The notes under the pieces were generated by a model that saw only the letters and a program-made list of their open reading frames with translations, did not search any database and was not told the DNA's origin. A program made the translations under genes and the position numbers. Below are positions 37,742 through 50,026 of a stretch of 52,716 bases of DNA, one piece after another (position 1 is the stretch's first letter; each line of letters starts with the position of its first letter). This DNA comes from Octopus bimaculoides. Its lineage: Eukaryota. The stretch lies in assembly GCF_001194135.2 (NCBI RefSeq), contig NC_069002.1:26926771-26979486 (forward strand), written 5' to 3'.

Positions 37742-37958
37742 AAGGTAGAGTGGCAAGTGGGTAGAATCGTTAGCACGCCAGGTGAAAATGCGTAGCAGTA
37801 TTTCATCTGTCGTTATGTTCAGAGTTCAAATTCCACCGAGGTCGACTTTACTTTTCAGGGTCAATAAATTAAGTATCAGTTGAGTACTGGGGTCGATGTG
37901 ATCGACTGTCCCCCTCCTCACAAAATCCAGGCCTTGTGGCTATAGTAGAAAGTATTAT
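37742..37958 (+). mobile_element. Family B SINE
   Basis: gtagaatcgttagcacgcc ... gagttcaaattccaccgaggtcgac ... ggggtcgatgtgatcgac. Confidence 0.85.
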
Positions 37959-38638
37959 AAAGGTGCTAGAAGCAAGTAAAGTAGCTCGTTAGAAAATCTC
38001 TATAAGAGATGAAAGCAGTAATTATACTGGAGCTAAGAGAAACATTTTCCAGTAATAATTGGAGCCACAAAGATGATGCACCAAGAGCTTACCATTGCAG
38101 TGTTTATATTCTCAAGTTGTACAGATGAGGAATGGATCCTCTTCTGGACAGGACTGTAGTCTTATGGTTTTAGTGTCATTCGTTTAATGTCTGCTTTTCC
38201 ATGCTAGTATGTTTTGGATGGGATTTGATTTTGAGGCAAGATATTACAGCTGGATGCTCTTGTTGTTGCCAACCCTCACCTGTTTTGTGAGTAGAGGATT
38301 TTTTTGTGTGTTTTTCTTTATATACCACCAGTTTTTGAAAGTGCAGAGTGATTGGTCATAATGTCAACAAGAACTGTTAACATCAGCACCACTTTATAGA
38401 AATGGTGACAAATGAAATATCAATATTCATACACACACACACACACATATAAGCTCATCATGTGTGTATGTGTGTGTGTCTTTATATATATATATATATA
38501 TCATCAACATTGTTTAACATCCACCCTCCATGCTGGCATGGGTTGGATGGTTTGACAGAAGCTGGCCAGGCAGGAGCCAGCACCAGACTTCTGTGTCTAT
38601 TTTGGCACAGTTTTTACAGCTGGATACCCTTCCAAACA

Positions 38639-38675
<37 letters not shown>

Positions 38676-40607
38676 GAATTTTATAGTTTTCTTCTACCAA
38701 ATTCATTCACAAAGTATTGGGTGGCCCAGGTGTAACAATTAAAGACACTTGCCCAAGGTGTCACATGGTGGAATTGAACCAAAAATCAAGCAGTCACAAA
38801 GCATACTCTTTAACTAGTTTAAAAATCAATAAAATAAGACAAAGCAACAAAACCAAAGAGGCTAAACCAATCTTCTTGAACAAGAGAAATGATGGATTCT
38901 GTTTCCATTACGAATGACACAGAACTGTCTCTATAAATTCTTAATAGCCTGACATGATTCTTGTAGAAATGGTAAATAATGGTTTGGGGAGGAAGCTGTA
39001 GGGTTTTGATTTATTAACCAATTCCGGTGGTTAATAGGAGCAACACGTGACTACCATTATTATAATTAGGTCTTGAAGAGAAGCGAGATTAAAGCAGGCC
39101 ATCGACGAAGAGAGTTAGTGGAATGTTAGCGAGTGAACAGTATTGGTTTTATGCAATTTCTATAGCTCTGAGCTGCTTCCTAATCAATACTAAAAGAACC
39201 AGCCATCTTAGTTATCAGACCAAACTGGTTGGCTAAGGCAACTATGGTATTTGCACTGCTCGCAAGAGTCCTGCGATCTGCAAACGCAAACAAGAATGAC
39301 TTTCATAGAACTCCGCCCAGTAGAGAAATAACAAAAACCAACGAAATAGTAAGGAAAAAAAAAGCAGCAACATGGAAATATAATCAATAAAAGCTAAATA
39401 TTTCATAAACGATATTATACAGAAATTTTATCATCTCTCTCTTAAGTGTACTTTAAAAAAAAAACAAAAAAAAAACGCAAATACATTAACTTAATTACAT
39501 AGAAAATTATGTTGAGCCTATTCAAATAATAATAACAACAACAATAATAAAGAACTGACCTATTAATGTAAATCGCAATGAGTCAGGAAAGCCAAGTTGA
39601 ACAGAATGGAACCAACAACGGCCATTGGCTATTTTGAAACATTAAAACAGAAAGAAAAACAAAATGCAAAACAAAAGCAAGAAATATTTCCATATTTCAC
39701 TTTGTTTATATTCTTTCTGGTTTGTGAAGTAGAAAGTCTACAACAGAAATTGTCATGTGACTAAAATGAAGTTGTCGGTCAGATAGCGTTCCACCTAAAA
39801 AATTAAGATATCCACATCTGGTGGTGGTGGTGGTGGTGGGAGGTGGGAGGTAGGGAGGTGACAGTGGCAGTGGTAATGGTGGTAGTGGTGGTGGTGGGGG
39901 AATTACTAGAGGGTTTGTTGGAATCAGGGTTCACTTGAAGCCCAGGAGCCTTGGATTAGCTGCTAAAGAGAGGAAAGACATTGCCAGAAAAATTGTCAGG
40001 AGCTGCTGAGGGAGTAAGCCATTACACCAAGTGGTGCAGCAAAATTGAGCAGAGAGGATGACAGAAACATCTGGCCCAGAGTTAGAACAAACGACTCAAC
40101 AAAGTTTATGATGACGTATGATAATTTTGTAACCTACACCAGCGAGTGACTCCAGGTGACTCTTGTGTCATAGTGGAAGGGGCCAAAACACCAACAGCTG
40201 CCTCACTGTCTAACAGAACGTCAATTCCTGCAGTTTGGATATGGAGAACAGTAGCATCCTCTGCATCCAAGTGTTTACTCTAAATGCGATAAGAGAATTT
40301 AATGTGAGACAGATTGCTGTGCATGCCAGTCCTCATGTGTAGCCTATAGTCAGAAGAAAGTTCTAGAACCAGTGATAAGACAGATCAAGACAAGTGGCAC
40401 ATGAACAATGGTCTGGTACTGTGCACTGGAGTGACTTGCCTTTCTCATCACCTTGTCCAGGTCCACCGCAAGAGTTGAACTCGGCAAGACAAACTAACAT
40501 ACAAAGATTTAATAGCACTGTCACTAGTTGGGGCAAAGTGTTCTTACCATGTGGCACATGTTTATTAACTAGGTAGATGGTAAAGGGTAAAAAACCCCTT
40601 CAGTCTT

Positions 40608-40929
40608 GAATGACCATAGGATTACACATAGAAAGTTACCCTCGGAGGTACAAGTCTGAGCAAGGTTGTTTATGGAAGACCAGCAGTTGCCCTCACATAC
40701 CACACTCCCCTCCTCTCCATGCCACCAATGTTATCCAAGGGAATGGCAAAGGGGCCAATACAGCTTGGCACCAGTGACATTGCAACTCATATCTACAGCT
40801 GAGTAAACTGGAGCAATGTGAACTAAAGGGTCTCGCTCAAGAACACAATACACAACCCAGTTTGGGAATCAAACTCACTACCTCCTGATTGTGAGCTTGA
40901 CACTCTAACCACTAAGCCATGTGCCTTCA
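40608..40929 (-). mobile_element. SINE family D with a distinct 3' tail
   Basis: Minus-strand head tgaaggcacatggcttagtggttagagtg ... gtgttcttgagcgagacc. Confidence 0.72.
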
Positions 40930-41291
40930 CATAATAGATAGAGCTACTTGATAATTGTCATGTTTCTTATGTCATACCAAAGGCAACTCACCTAAAAAAA
41001 CTAAACACTCCGAGAAAATAACAAAATAAGACCCCAAAAGATATTCCTTTTAGCAAAATGAACTTGGATAACATTCGTCAAAAAAAGAGGGTACCATTCT
41101 AGGTGCAATCCCATGATCATGCATGACCAAAGGGGTCTGTACAGGTACTGCCCCAACTTACACAACAACCCAACCATTATTAGCATTCTGCTTCGGTTCA
41201 GTGAATTTCAGTTGTAATCCAACTCCTTTGATGCCAACTCACCTGAGACCCCCCCTCTTATTCTCCAATACAAACTTCCTGCTATACTCAA

Positions 41292-41491
41292 CTCCTTTGA
41301 TATCAAACCGCTTGAAACCACTCCTATGGTTCTGGGACACAAAATTAAAATTTCCCATCAAAATTTCTTGCTAATTTATGTTCCAAACACCATTTAATGA
41401 TTACAAAATTATTTTATTGAACTGTTTATTGTTTTAAACATTAATTGAAGCGATGTTGGTGTATTTCAATGGAAGTATGGTAACAAAAGGG
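41292..41491 (+). mobile_element. piggyBac-like MITE (220-bp family), older copy
   Basis: Right end GGTAACAAAAGGG|TTAA (41492-41495); left end degenerate. Confidence 0.7.
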
Positions 41492-42476
41492 TTAAAGTGA
41501 TCTAAATTAAAACCTGCCATTAAACTTTTGTTAACTAATGAAGGAACCCAGTTGAAGATAGAAAATATTTTCATTATTATTGACATAAACCCCAATGAGT
41601 TAAATTTCATTGATTAATCACCAAATCCTAGACCAGATCAACTTTACTTTTTATCCTTCCAGCAGCACTCTCTCTCTCTCTCACTCTCTCTGTGATGTGG
41701 TCCTACAACCCATGCAGATGGACTGCAACTTTGAATAAGAACTAATTTTGACAATATGGGAAATGGACTGGTGGTGGTGGTGNNNNNNNNNNNNNNNNNN
41801 NNNNNNNNNNNNNNNNNNNNNNNNNNNNNNNNNNNNNNNNNNNNNNNNNNNNNNNNNNNNNNNNNNNNNNNNNNNNNNNNNNNNNNNNNNNNNNNNNNNN
41901 NNNNNNNNNNNNNNNNNNNNNNNNNTGTTGGTGGTGGTGTTGGTGGTGGTGTTGGTGGTGGTGGTGGTAGCGCTGATGGTGGCTTTTATTATCTTTTATT
42001 ATTTATTTTCAGTATATTCAGTCATTGGACTCTGATCATGCTGGAACCCTAACTTCAAAAGTATAGTCAATTGTTTGTGTGTGTGTGTGTGCGTGTGTGT
42101 GTGCGCGCGCGCACACATGTGTGTATGTGTTTGAGTGTGTAATTCTAGCTTTCTCATTTTTGTTTCTGTTCCTGTTTTTGTTCTTGTATACAAGCCTTTT
42201 CCAGAGGCTTAATGCTTTTAGCTAAAGTCCCTGGCACCCACCAGACTCAAGTAGTCCTGGAGATAAGGGGACAAAACTACAAGCACTTTCCGGATTCCGA
42301 CTGATGAGGAAATTGGCTGCGAATGATCTGTGTATCTTGTTTTTGTCCTGTTCGCCAGTTGTTGTGCTATCGTCTATTTTGCCACATGTTGAGTTTTATT
42401 GGTTTTTGTTTGTTGTTTTCTTTCTGTCCTACTCTTGATTTATTCATGCGGTGCTCCACACAACTTGTTATTTACT

Positions 42477-42511
<35 letters not shown>

Positions 42512-42525
42512 TATATGTATATATA

Positions 42526-43373
42526 CAGGGTGGGTGGAAAGTAACTAGGCATTAGAAATTGCTTATAGAATTTTTAGCATCACTGAAGTCATGACAAAAA
42601 CATTTTTTAAACAGACAACACTAATGAGGATTTCTTATTTTCCAAGTGGCAGGTTGCTTGACTGTTCAGGAGTGAGCTAAAATAGCAGCACGCTATGTAG
42701 TATGGAATTCCATTGTTTTGGTTCAGCGATTGTGGCATGCATGGAAAGGTAAGCTTGCAACACTCTATCCAGAGACAATAAAAAGTCGTCATGCAAAGCT
42801 GATGACCACAGGCTCTGTGAACAATGCAAGAAGTGACCGTCTATCCACATCCCAATCAGCGGAGAACGTGGCAACAGTGCAGGAAATGTTTAATCGCAGC
42901 CCGCAAAAATCAACACGTCAAGCAGCTCGTGAAAGTGGACTAACAAGACACACAACACGTACAGTGTTGCATAAAGAATTGAATTTTCGTCTGTGGAAAC
43001 CTCATTCCATGCAGGGGCTAAAATTTGATGGAACGATGTGGACCTCATGAATGGCCTCCAAGAAGTCCAGATCTCACTCGATGTGATTTTTACCCGTGGG
43101 GTTACACAAAAGAGCTGCACACTGGAGGACTTGGAAACATGGATCTAGGAGGTTCTCAGTGATTTCCCAGACAACAGCCTTCAGAAAGTTGTTCATTCCA
43201 TCCCTGGTCATTTGAGGAAACTGGTTGACACCGCCAGTGCTTACTTTAAAATATGAAGATTTACTTTCATATTCCCATGTAACAAACATGTATCAGTTGT
43301 TTCAATAAATTTGTCAAAGGAATATGGATTTTATTACCAATTTTTAAAGACAGCTTACTTTTCACCCACCCTG
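42526..43373 (+). mobile_element. Internally deleted mariner-like DNA transposon, 848 bp (probably rosa/DD41D type)
   Basis: TA|CAGGGTGGGTGGAAAGTAA ... TTACTTTTCACCCACCCTG|TA. HTH-region codons RSDRLSTSQSAENVATVQEMFNRSPQKSTRQAARESGL...LHKELNF...KPH, then WPPRSPDLTRCDFYPWGYTK in another frame. The first two catalytic Asp regions are missing. Confidence 0.88.
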
Positions 43374-43391
43374 TATATTAACATACATAGC

Positions 43392-43830
43392 ATGGAGGGA
43401 AAGTGTGGAAGGGGTAGACCCAGGAAGACGTGGGATGAAGTGGTGAGAAAGGATCTTCGGATGTTGGGCTTCACAGAGAAGATGACAAAGGATTCGAACC
43501 TCTGGTGGATTGCTGTGTTCAAGCAGACACATCAAGCTAAGTATAAACATGGCTGTCCATGCACGTCCTCTACAATCCTCTCTTGCAAACAATGGATCCT
43601 AGTCTTGTGGGTTCATGGGTGCTGGTACCACATAAACAAAAAACAAAAAAGAACCAGAACTGGTACCACATAAAAGTGTTCAGTTCACTCTGTAAAGTGG
43701 CTGGCAGTGGGAAGGGCATCTAGCTGTAGAAACCATGTCAGAAGAGACAAAGAGAGCCTGGGCAGCTGTCCAACTGACCAACTTATGGCACTGCCAGCAT
43801 GGAAAACAGACATTCAACGATGATGGTGAT
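43392..43830 (+). mobile_element. RTE-clade LINE 3' end: last ORF codons, 3' UTR and (GAT)n tail
   Basis: GKCGRGRPRKTWDEVVRKDLRMLGFTEKMTKDSNLW fits the RTE C-terminal G(R/K)RxRGRPxxxWxDxxxxD..DRxxW pattern, and is followed by the family C core and GAT tail. Confidence 0.82.
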
Positions 43831-44204
43831 ACATATGCACACACAAACAGACATACATACATATGCATATACATATATACAACATACACACACACAGATT
43901 TTGGGCTTCAATTTCCATATATCAAATCCGCTTACAAATCATTGGTTAATGTTGAAAAAGTTAAAAAAAAAGGCAGGGGGTAATTGTGCAACACAGTGGA
44001 ATTGAACTCAAAACCGTGCTCAATCACAAACTCATACCTCTACCTGTCAGTAATTTTTCACATTGTATTAGGGTCAGTATGAAACAATCACCTCAGCCAT
44101 TCCATATCAAGTAGGCACCGTCATACATACATACATATATACACACATACATATACATACATACATATATACACACACACACACACACACATATAGACAT
44201 ATAT

Positions 44205-44248
<44 letters not shown>

Positions 44249-44566
44249 CTATATATNNNNNNNNNNNNNNNNNNNNNNNNNNNNNNNNNNNNNNNNNNNN
44301 NNNNNNNNNNNNNNNNNNNNNNNNNNNNNNNNNNNNNNNNNNNNNNNNNNNNNNNNNNNNNNNNNNNNNNNNNNNNNNNNNNNNNNNNNNNNNNNNNNNN
44401 NNNNNNNNNNNNNNNNNNNNNNNNNNNNNNNNNNNNNNNNNNNNNNNNNNNNNNNNNNNNNNNNNNNNNNNNNNNNNNNNNNNNNNNNNNNNNNNNNNNN
44501 NNNNNNNNNNNNNNNNNNNNNNNNNNNNNNNNNNNNNNNNNNNNNNNNNNNNNNNNNNNNNNNNNN

Positions 44567-44604
<38 letters not shown>

Positions 44605-45586
44605 GCATACATATATATATACATACATACATATATATATATATATACACATACACACATCACACAGCATGCATGCCAGCCGGCTAGTTAATAAACAGAG
44701 ACAATAAACTGTTGGAGATTAACCTGCAAACACAGAATAATAAATATCAGAGATAAGGAGAAGAAAGAGCAAGAGGAAATCTATGAGAAAGATCAATGGG
44801 GTGAGATTAGTGTGGTCGATTGTCTGTTTGTCTTACTGGCAGCTCAGCTAATATGGCAACCAAAGAGGACTAAAGCAATCGGAATACTTATTGGGCTTGA
44901 AACAATCTTTAAGTCAGGCATTTGGGTTTCTGTTGGCAAATATGTTGAGATACGAAGGAAAGAAAGAAAGGGAAAATAGAGCTGATCTTTAATCCTCAAA
45001 TAAAAAAGGCAAAAAAAAAAAAAAACAAGGAGAATTTATGCCAGAACTTCTATGACAGGAGATAAAAAACGAATTTTGTAGGAGACGCTGTGACGGAAGA
45101 AAACCAATCAAGGAACTTTGAAGTCTCCGCTATTGACATTATGGTAACCGTTGTGTTAATATTCAAATGTCGGTTTCCTTTTTCTTTTCTTTTTCTGGAA
45201 TTTGCACCATTAAATTTCTCACGTGGAAGGTGGTGAGCTGGCGGAATCATTAACACACCAGACAAAATGCTTAGCAATAGTTCTTCCTGCTCTTTGCATT
45301 CCAAGTTCAAATCCCACCAAGATCAACTTTGCCTTTCATACTTTTGAGGTCAATAAAATACCTTCTGTGTGGATTTGGGAGATGGAAACTGAAAGAAGCC
45401 CATCACACACACATATATATGTATATATATAAAGGTAAGCAGAGTAAGCAGTTGTAGTAACCGACTAAGGGATAAAAGTATCTGTGCTATCCCTGGGCAT
45501 GGGTATTCAGGCACACTATGCTTATTGGGTACAGATACAACAGAATAAACAAAAGTTTATCAAGAATCAAATTTAAATAATCAGAA

Positions 45587-45938
45587 AATGGAGAAAACTT
45601 TTGATCAACAAACAACAAATTGGACTACATTGGTTCATTATTTTTTAATACAAAACATGACATAACATTTCTTACGGCCGTTTCCGCTTCCAATACCAGT
45701 CAGTGCTTACAAAGAATTTCAAAAATAATATTCATCATCTTCATAGTACAAGGAGCTCTGTGTACTAGATCAAATGTCCTATGAAGATGACGAATATTAT
45801 TTTTGAAATTCTTTGTAAGCACTGACTGGCATTGGAAGCAGAAACGGCGGTAAGAAATGTTACGTCCTGTTTTGTATTAAAAAATAATCTACAGATGTGG
45901 TCCAATTTGTTTGTTTGTTGATCAAAAGTTTTCTCCAT

Positions 45939-45939
<1 letters not shown>
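45587..45939. repeat. Long inverted repeat / foldback element (arms 45587-45746 and 45779-45939)
   Basis: The arms are reverse complements. The innermost 51 bp pair with a single mismatch; the loop is 32 nt. Confidence 0.93.
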
Positions 45940-45969
<30 letters not shown>

Positions 45970-46539
45970 ATATATATATATATATATGTTGAGCTGAATG
46001 AAATCATAGTCATGGCCAGTGCCCGTACCATCTGACTGGCACCCATGCAGGTGGCATGTAAAAAGCACTGTTCAAGTGTTGGGCCTCGTGGAGGCAGTGA
46101 CAAGTGACCAAGACCCTTGGCGATACACCGTGCTTGTGCTGACCTGTTTAGCCAAGTGAGACCATAGTTGTGGATGATGCCAGTGTCATATCAATGGCCC
46201 CCATGCTGGTGGCATGTAAAAAACACCCACTACCCTCTCAGAGTGATTGGCATTAGGAAGGGCATCCAACCGTAAAAAACCAAGCCAAATCAGATTGCAA
46301 CCTGGTGCAGCTTACCAGTTTTCACTCAAACCAAGAATAGATAAAAAAAAAAAAAAGTAACAAATAATAAATAGACGAATCAATAATTACTAATAACCTT
46401 TGAAACAAGGCCACTGATTTGTCGAGGAAGAGCAGAGAGATGAAGGGTGAGGCTCTTGAAGCTAAAAGTATTGTGGAACGAGACAAGAATGGGACTCCAT
46501 AGGGACTGGTAATGTTTTCCATCTGACATATTATGTTAG

Positions 46540-46743
46540 CTCTTTTAGTATCAGCCCATCGGAGGCTGCCCTTGGTGCTATGATAAAAGCTTTCTAAATT
46601 AAAACCTACAGAAATTTCTGGTTAATTTATGTTTCAGATATCAGCTTAAAAATGGCAAGAGTTATTTTAATAAATTCTTGTTAGTTTTTAAATTTAATTG
46701 AAATAAAAGTAATGTATTTCAACTGGAATATGTAACGAAGGGG
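46540..46743 (+). mobile_element. piggyBac-like MITE (220-bp family), older copy
   Basis: Right end GTAACGAAGGGG|TTAA (46744-46747). Confidence 0.65.
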
Positions 46744-46822
46744 TTAATTAAATGAATTAATATTAAAAGGAATGGTGAGGACACATAAGAGGGAGAGAGA
46801 GAGACAGAGAGAGAAAGAGGAC

Positions 46823-47165
46823 TATCTTCTATCTGTTTCAGTCACTCAACTGTGGCCATGCTGGAGCACTGACTTAAAGAAATTTAGTCAAAAGAATCGA
46901 TCACAGTACTAATTTCTTTAAAGCCTGATACTCATTTTATCAGTCTCTTTTGCCTAATTGCTAAGTAATGGAGATGATAACACACCAACATCAGTTATCA
47001 ACTAGTTATGGTGAGACACACACACACACACATGTGTAACAGACTTCTTTCAGTTTCCAAATACCAAATCCACTTACAAGGTTTTGATCGGCCCAAGACT
47101 ACAAGAGAAAACACTTGTTTAAGGTGTCACACAGTGGGACTGAACCCAGAACCATGTGGTTGGGT
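46823..47165 (-). mobile_element. SINE family A, both halves
   Basis: 3' half, (AC)n, then 5' half. Confidence 0.82.
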
Positions 47166-47214
47166 TGTGGAAGGATTCTGAACCCCCGCCAAGTGACTGA
47201 AGGTGGACTGACTC

Positions 47215-47615
47215 ATCAACATCATCATCATTTAACATCCGTTTTCCATGCTGGCATGGGTTCGACAGTTTGACTGAAGCCTGGAGAGCCAGCAGCTGCA
47301 CCAGGCTCCAATCTGATCTGGCAAAATTTCTACAGCTGGATACCCTTCCTAACACCAACCACTCTGAGAGTGCAGTGGGTGCACAGGAACCAGTCAGGTG
47401 GGCCTGGCATCTATCCCGTCTGGATAGTGCTTTTTACGTGCCACTGGCATCAGCCACGTTTGGATGGTGCTTTTTACATGCTACCATCACAAGAGCCAGC
47501 CAGGCAGGCCTGGTATCGATCATGTTCAGATAATGCTTTTTACATTCCACTGGCACAGGAGCCAGTCAGGGGGAACAGGCACCAGCCATGTTCAGATGGT
47601 GCCTTTTACGTGCCA
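47215..47615 (-). mobile_element. RTE LINE 3' end with degenerate minisatellite units
   Basis: catcatcatttaacatccgttttccatgctggcatggg...; repeated ggatggtgctttttacgtgcca. Confidence 0.8.
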
Positions 47616-47619
47616 CAAG

Positions 47620-48199
47620 TTAGTGTGTGAAAAACACAAAAGGAATTCTGAAAGAAGTTTCTATAAAACTAGTTTTTAAGCATCAAATGGCTATGAGGGT
47701 TTACCAGAATAAAATAGTAATCAAAGGGGTCTGTAGATAAGAAATGGTTGAGAACGCCTGATCTAGATGTATGTATTGGTATGTATTGCAAGAAGCAGGT
47801 AGGTTTCTTTCTCTAACATTTTACATAATTCAACCTACACATGTATGGAAAACAAAATGGGAATTTTGAAAGAAGTTTCTATAAAACTAGTTTATAAACA
47901 TTGAATGGCTGTGGGGTCCACCAGAATGAAATGGTAACCAAAGGGCTCTATAAATAAAGGTTGAGAATCCCTGCTTTAGATGTATGTGTTGCTATGTATT
48001 GCAAGAAACAGCAAGGTTTCTTTCCCTAACATTTTACATTAGTTCAACCTACACAAGTTAATGTGTGGAAAACAAAATAGGGATTTTGAACAAAGTATCT
48101 ATACAACTAGTTTATAAACATCAAATGGTTATAGGGGTCCACCAGAATGAAATAGTAATCTAAGGGGTCCATAGATAAAAAAATTGTTGAGAACCCCTA
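47620..48199 (-). mobile_element. Three tandem left arms of the hAT MITE
   Basis: TIR ends GGTTGAGAACGCCTG (47760), GGTTGAGAATCCCTG (47973) and TGTTGAGAACCCCTA (48199), each preceded by the same ~210-bp arm. Confidence 0.85.
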
Positions 48200-50026
48200 A
48201 TCTACACCTTTTGTGCTGCAGCTAATTGCTTTAGTTTATAGCAATATTAGCCAAATGTACATCAAGTTGTGCAATAACATGAAAGTATTTAAGCTACATG
48301 ATAACAACAACAACAAGATCAGCAACGAAATGGTAACAATATTAATTAGTAAAAAAAAGCCAAAAAACTGTAATCTTTAGTAAAGAGCAGCCTCAGGAAA
48401 GATTATACATAATTTAGTGAGTTATTTATAGTGTGACAGTTACTACACAATACTAGCAAGATATTACATATTAATTATTTAATGGCTGGATGGTTAAGAA
48501 GTATGCTTGGCAACCACATGGTTTTGGGTTCAGTCCCACTATGTGTGTGGAGGGGCACCTTGGGCAAGTGTTTTCTACTGTAACCCTGGGCTCCTCTAAT
48601 GGTTGATGAGTGAAGTTCGTAGACAGAAACTGTAGGAACTCAGTTGCACTAGTATGTGGGGGTTTGGGTGTGAGGATGGGGCATTGTGTATGTGTGTGTG
48701 TGTGTAGCGGGGTTCTGTATGGGAGGAGGGGGTGTATGTGGGAGGTGTTGTATGTGAGGGAGGGGTGTTCTATGTAGGATTGTATGTGGGGGAGACAGTT
48801 ATATGTAGCNNNNNNNNNNNNNNNNNNNNNNNNNNNNNNNNNNNNNNNNNNNNNNNNNNNNNNNNNNNNNNNNNNNNNNNNNNNNNNNNNNNNNNNNNNN
48901 NNNNNNNNNNNNNNNNNNNNNNNNNNNNNNNNNNNNNNNNNNNNNNNNNNNNNNNNNNNNNNNNNNNNNNGTTATATGTGAAGGAGGGGTGTTGCATATA
49001 AGATTGTGTGTGGGGGGACGGTTATATCTGGAGGTCTTTTTATTGAGGGAGGAATGTGTGTGTGCGTGGGGGGTGTTTGTATGAGGAGGGGGTTGTCTGT
49101 AGTGGTGCAGGGGTGTTGTGAGGTTGGCCCTTATTTTTTCTATGGCTAGCTGCCCTTCCTAACATCAGCTACAGTGTAGTGCATATCTGGTTATTTCTTT
49201 ATGCCATCAGCACTAATGAGGTTGTGATGTAACTTGCAAGACAAAACAGAACAGAGGGGGAGGAGGAAGAGGAAAGGGAGGAAAAAAAACTCCCACTCCT
49301 AAGGAAATTTATTTGGGAGGGAAAGGTGGAGGCTGTTTGCTAGGTGTAAAGGGACAAGCAAAGGGGTCCTGTTAGAGAGGAGATACATGGCTGAAGGAGA
49401 CACAATAATTTAAGAAATAAACCAAAATTTTAGCCACAAGCAAGCGAATGTATGTTGTTATTTAGACCAGAGTCAGTTCTGATATAGCAGCTCTTTAGTC
49501 GAAGACATTCCAACTGTGGCCATCAATATATAATTTCAGATATAGGTGCAAGCATGGCTATGTAGTTGAGAAGTTTGCTTCCCGACCATGCGGTTTCAGG
49601 TTCATTCTTACAGTGCATCACTTTGGGCAAATGTCTTCTGCCATGGCCCCAAAGTGACTAAGGCCTTGTAAGCGGATCTGTTGGACAGGAGCTGAAAGAA
49701 GACCATCATAAATGTATGTCTACATAAAATGAAGTCCTGTCAAGCCTTCCCTGGCAAGCCATCTTCTAATATTCATCCCTCCATCAATCTTCAGTGACAA
49801 CACTTATCCTTCTACACTTCATGTTGTGTCTCCATTACAGCCCCTTGTCACCTCCTCCTCATCCCTGACCCACTTCTATTTCCTTCTTTCACTTCCCCCT
49901 CTCCGAAATCGATATTCATAGCATCTGACTCATTAACCTCCATCAATAATCATCTGTCACACTCTTTTCACAATCCAGTGCAATTACCTGCCCACACACC
50001 CACTCACCTTTCCTGGTCCTCAACCC

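Noticed and set aside
41235-41260. Second cag|gtgagt on the gene strand
   Set aside because: The upstream tract is G-rich rather than pyrimidine-rich, and it sits in MITE-like sequence.
5657-44670. His/Thr/Cys/Val/Tyr/Ile/Asn/Asp-rich ORFs
   Set aside because: These are translations of microsatellites, with no splice or homology support.
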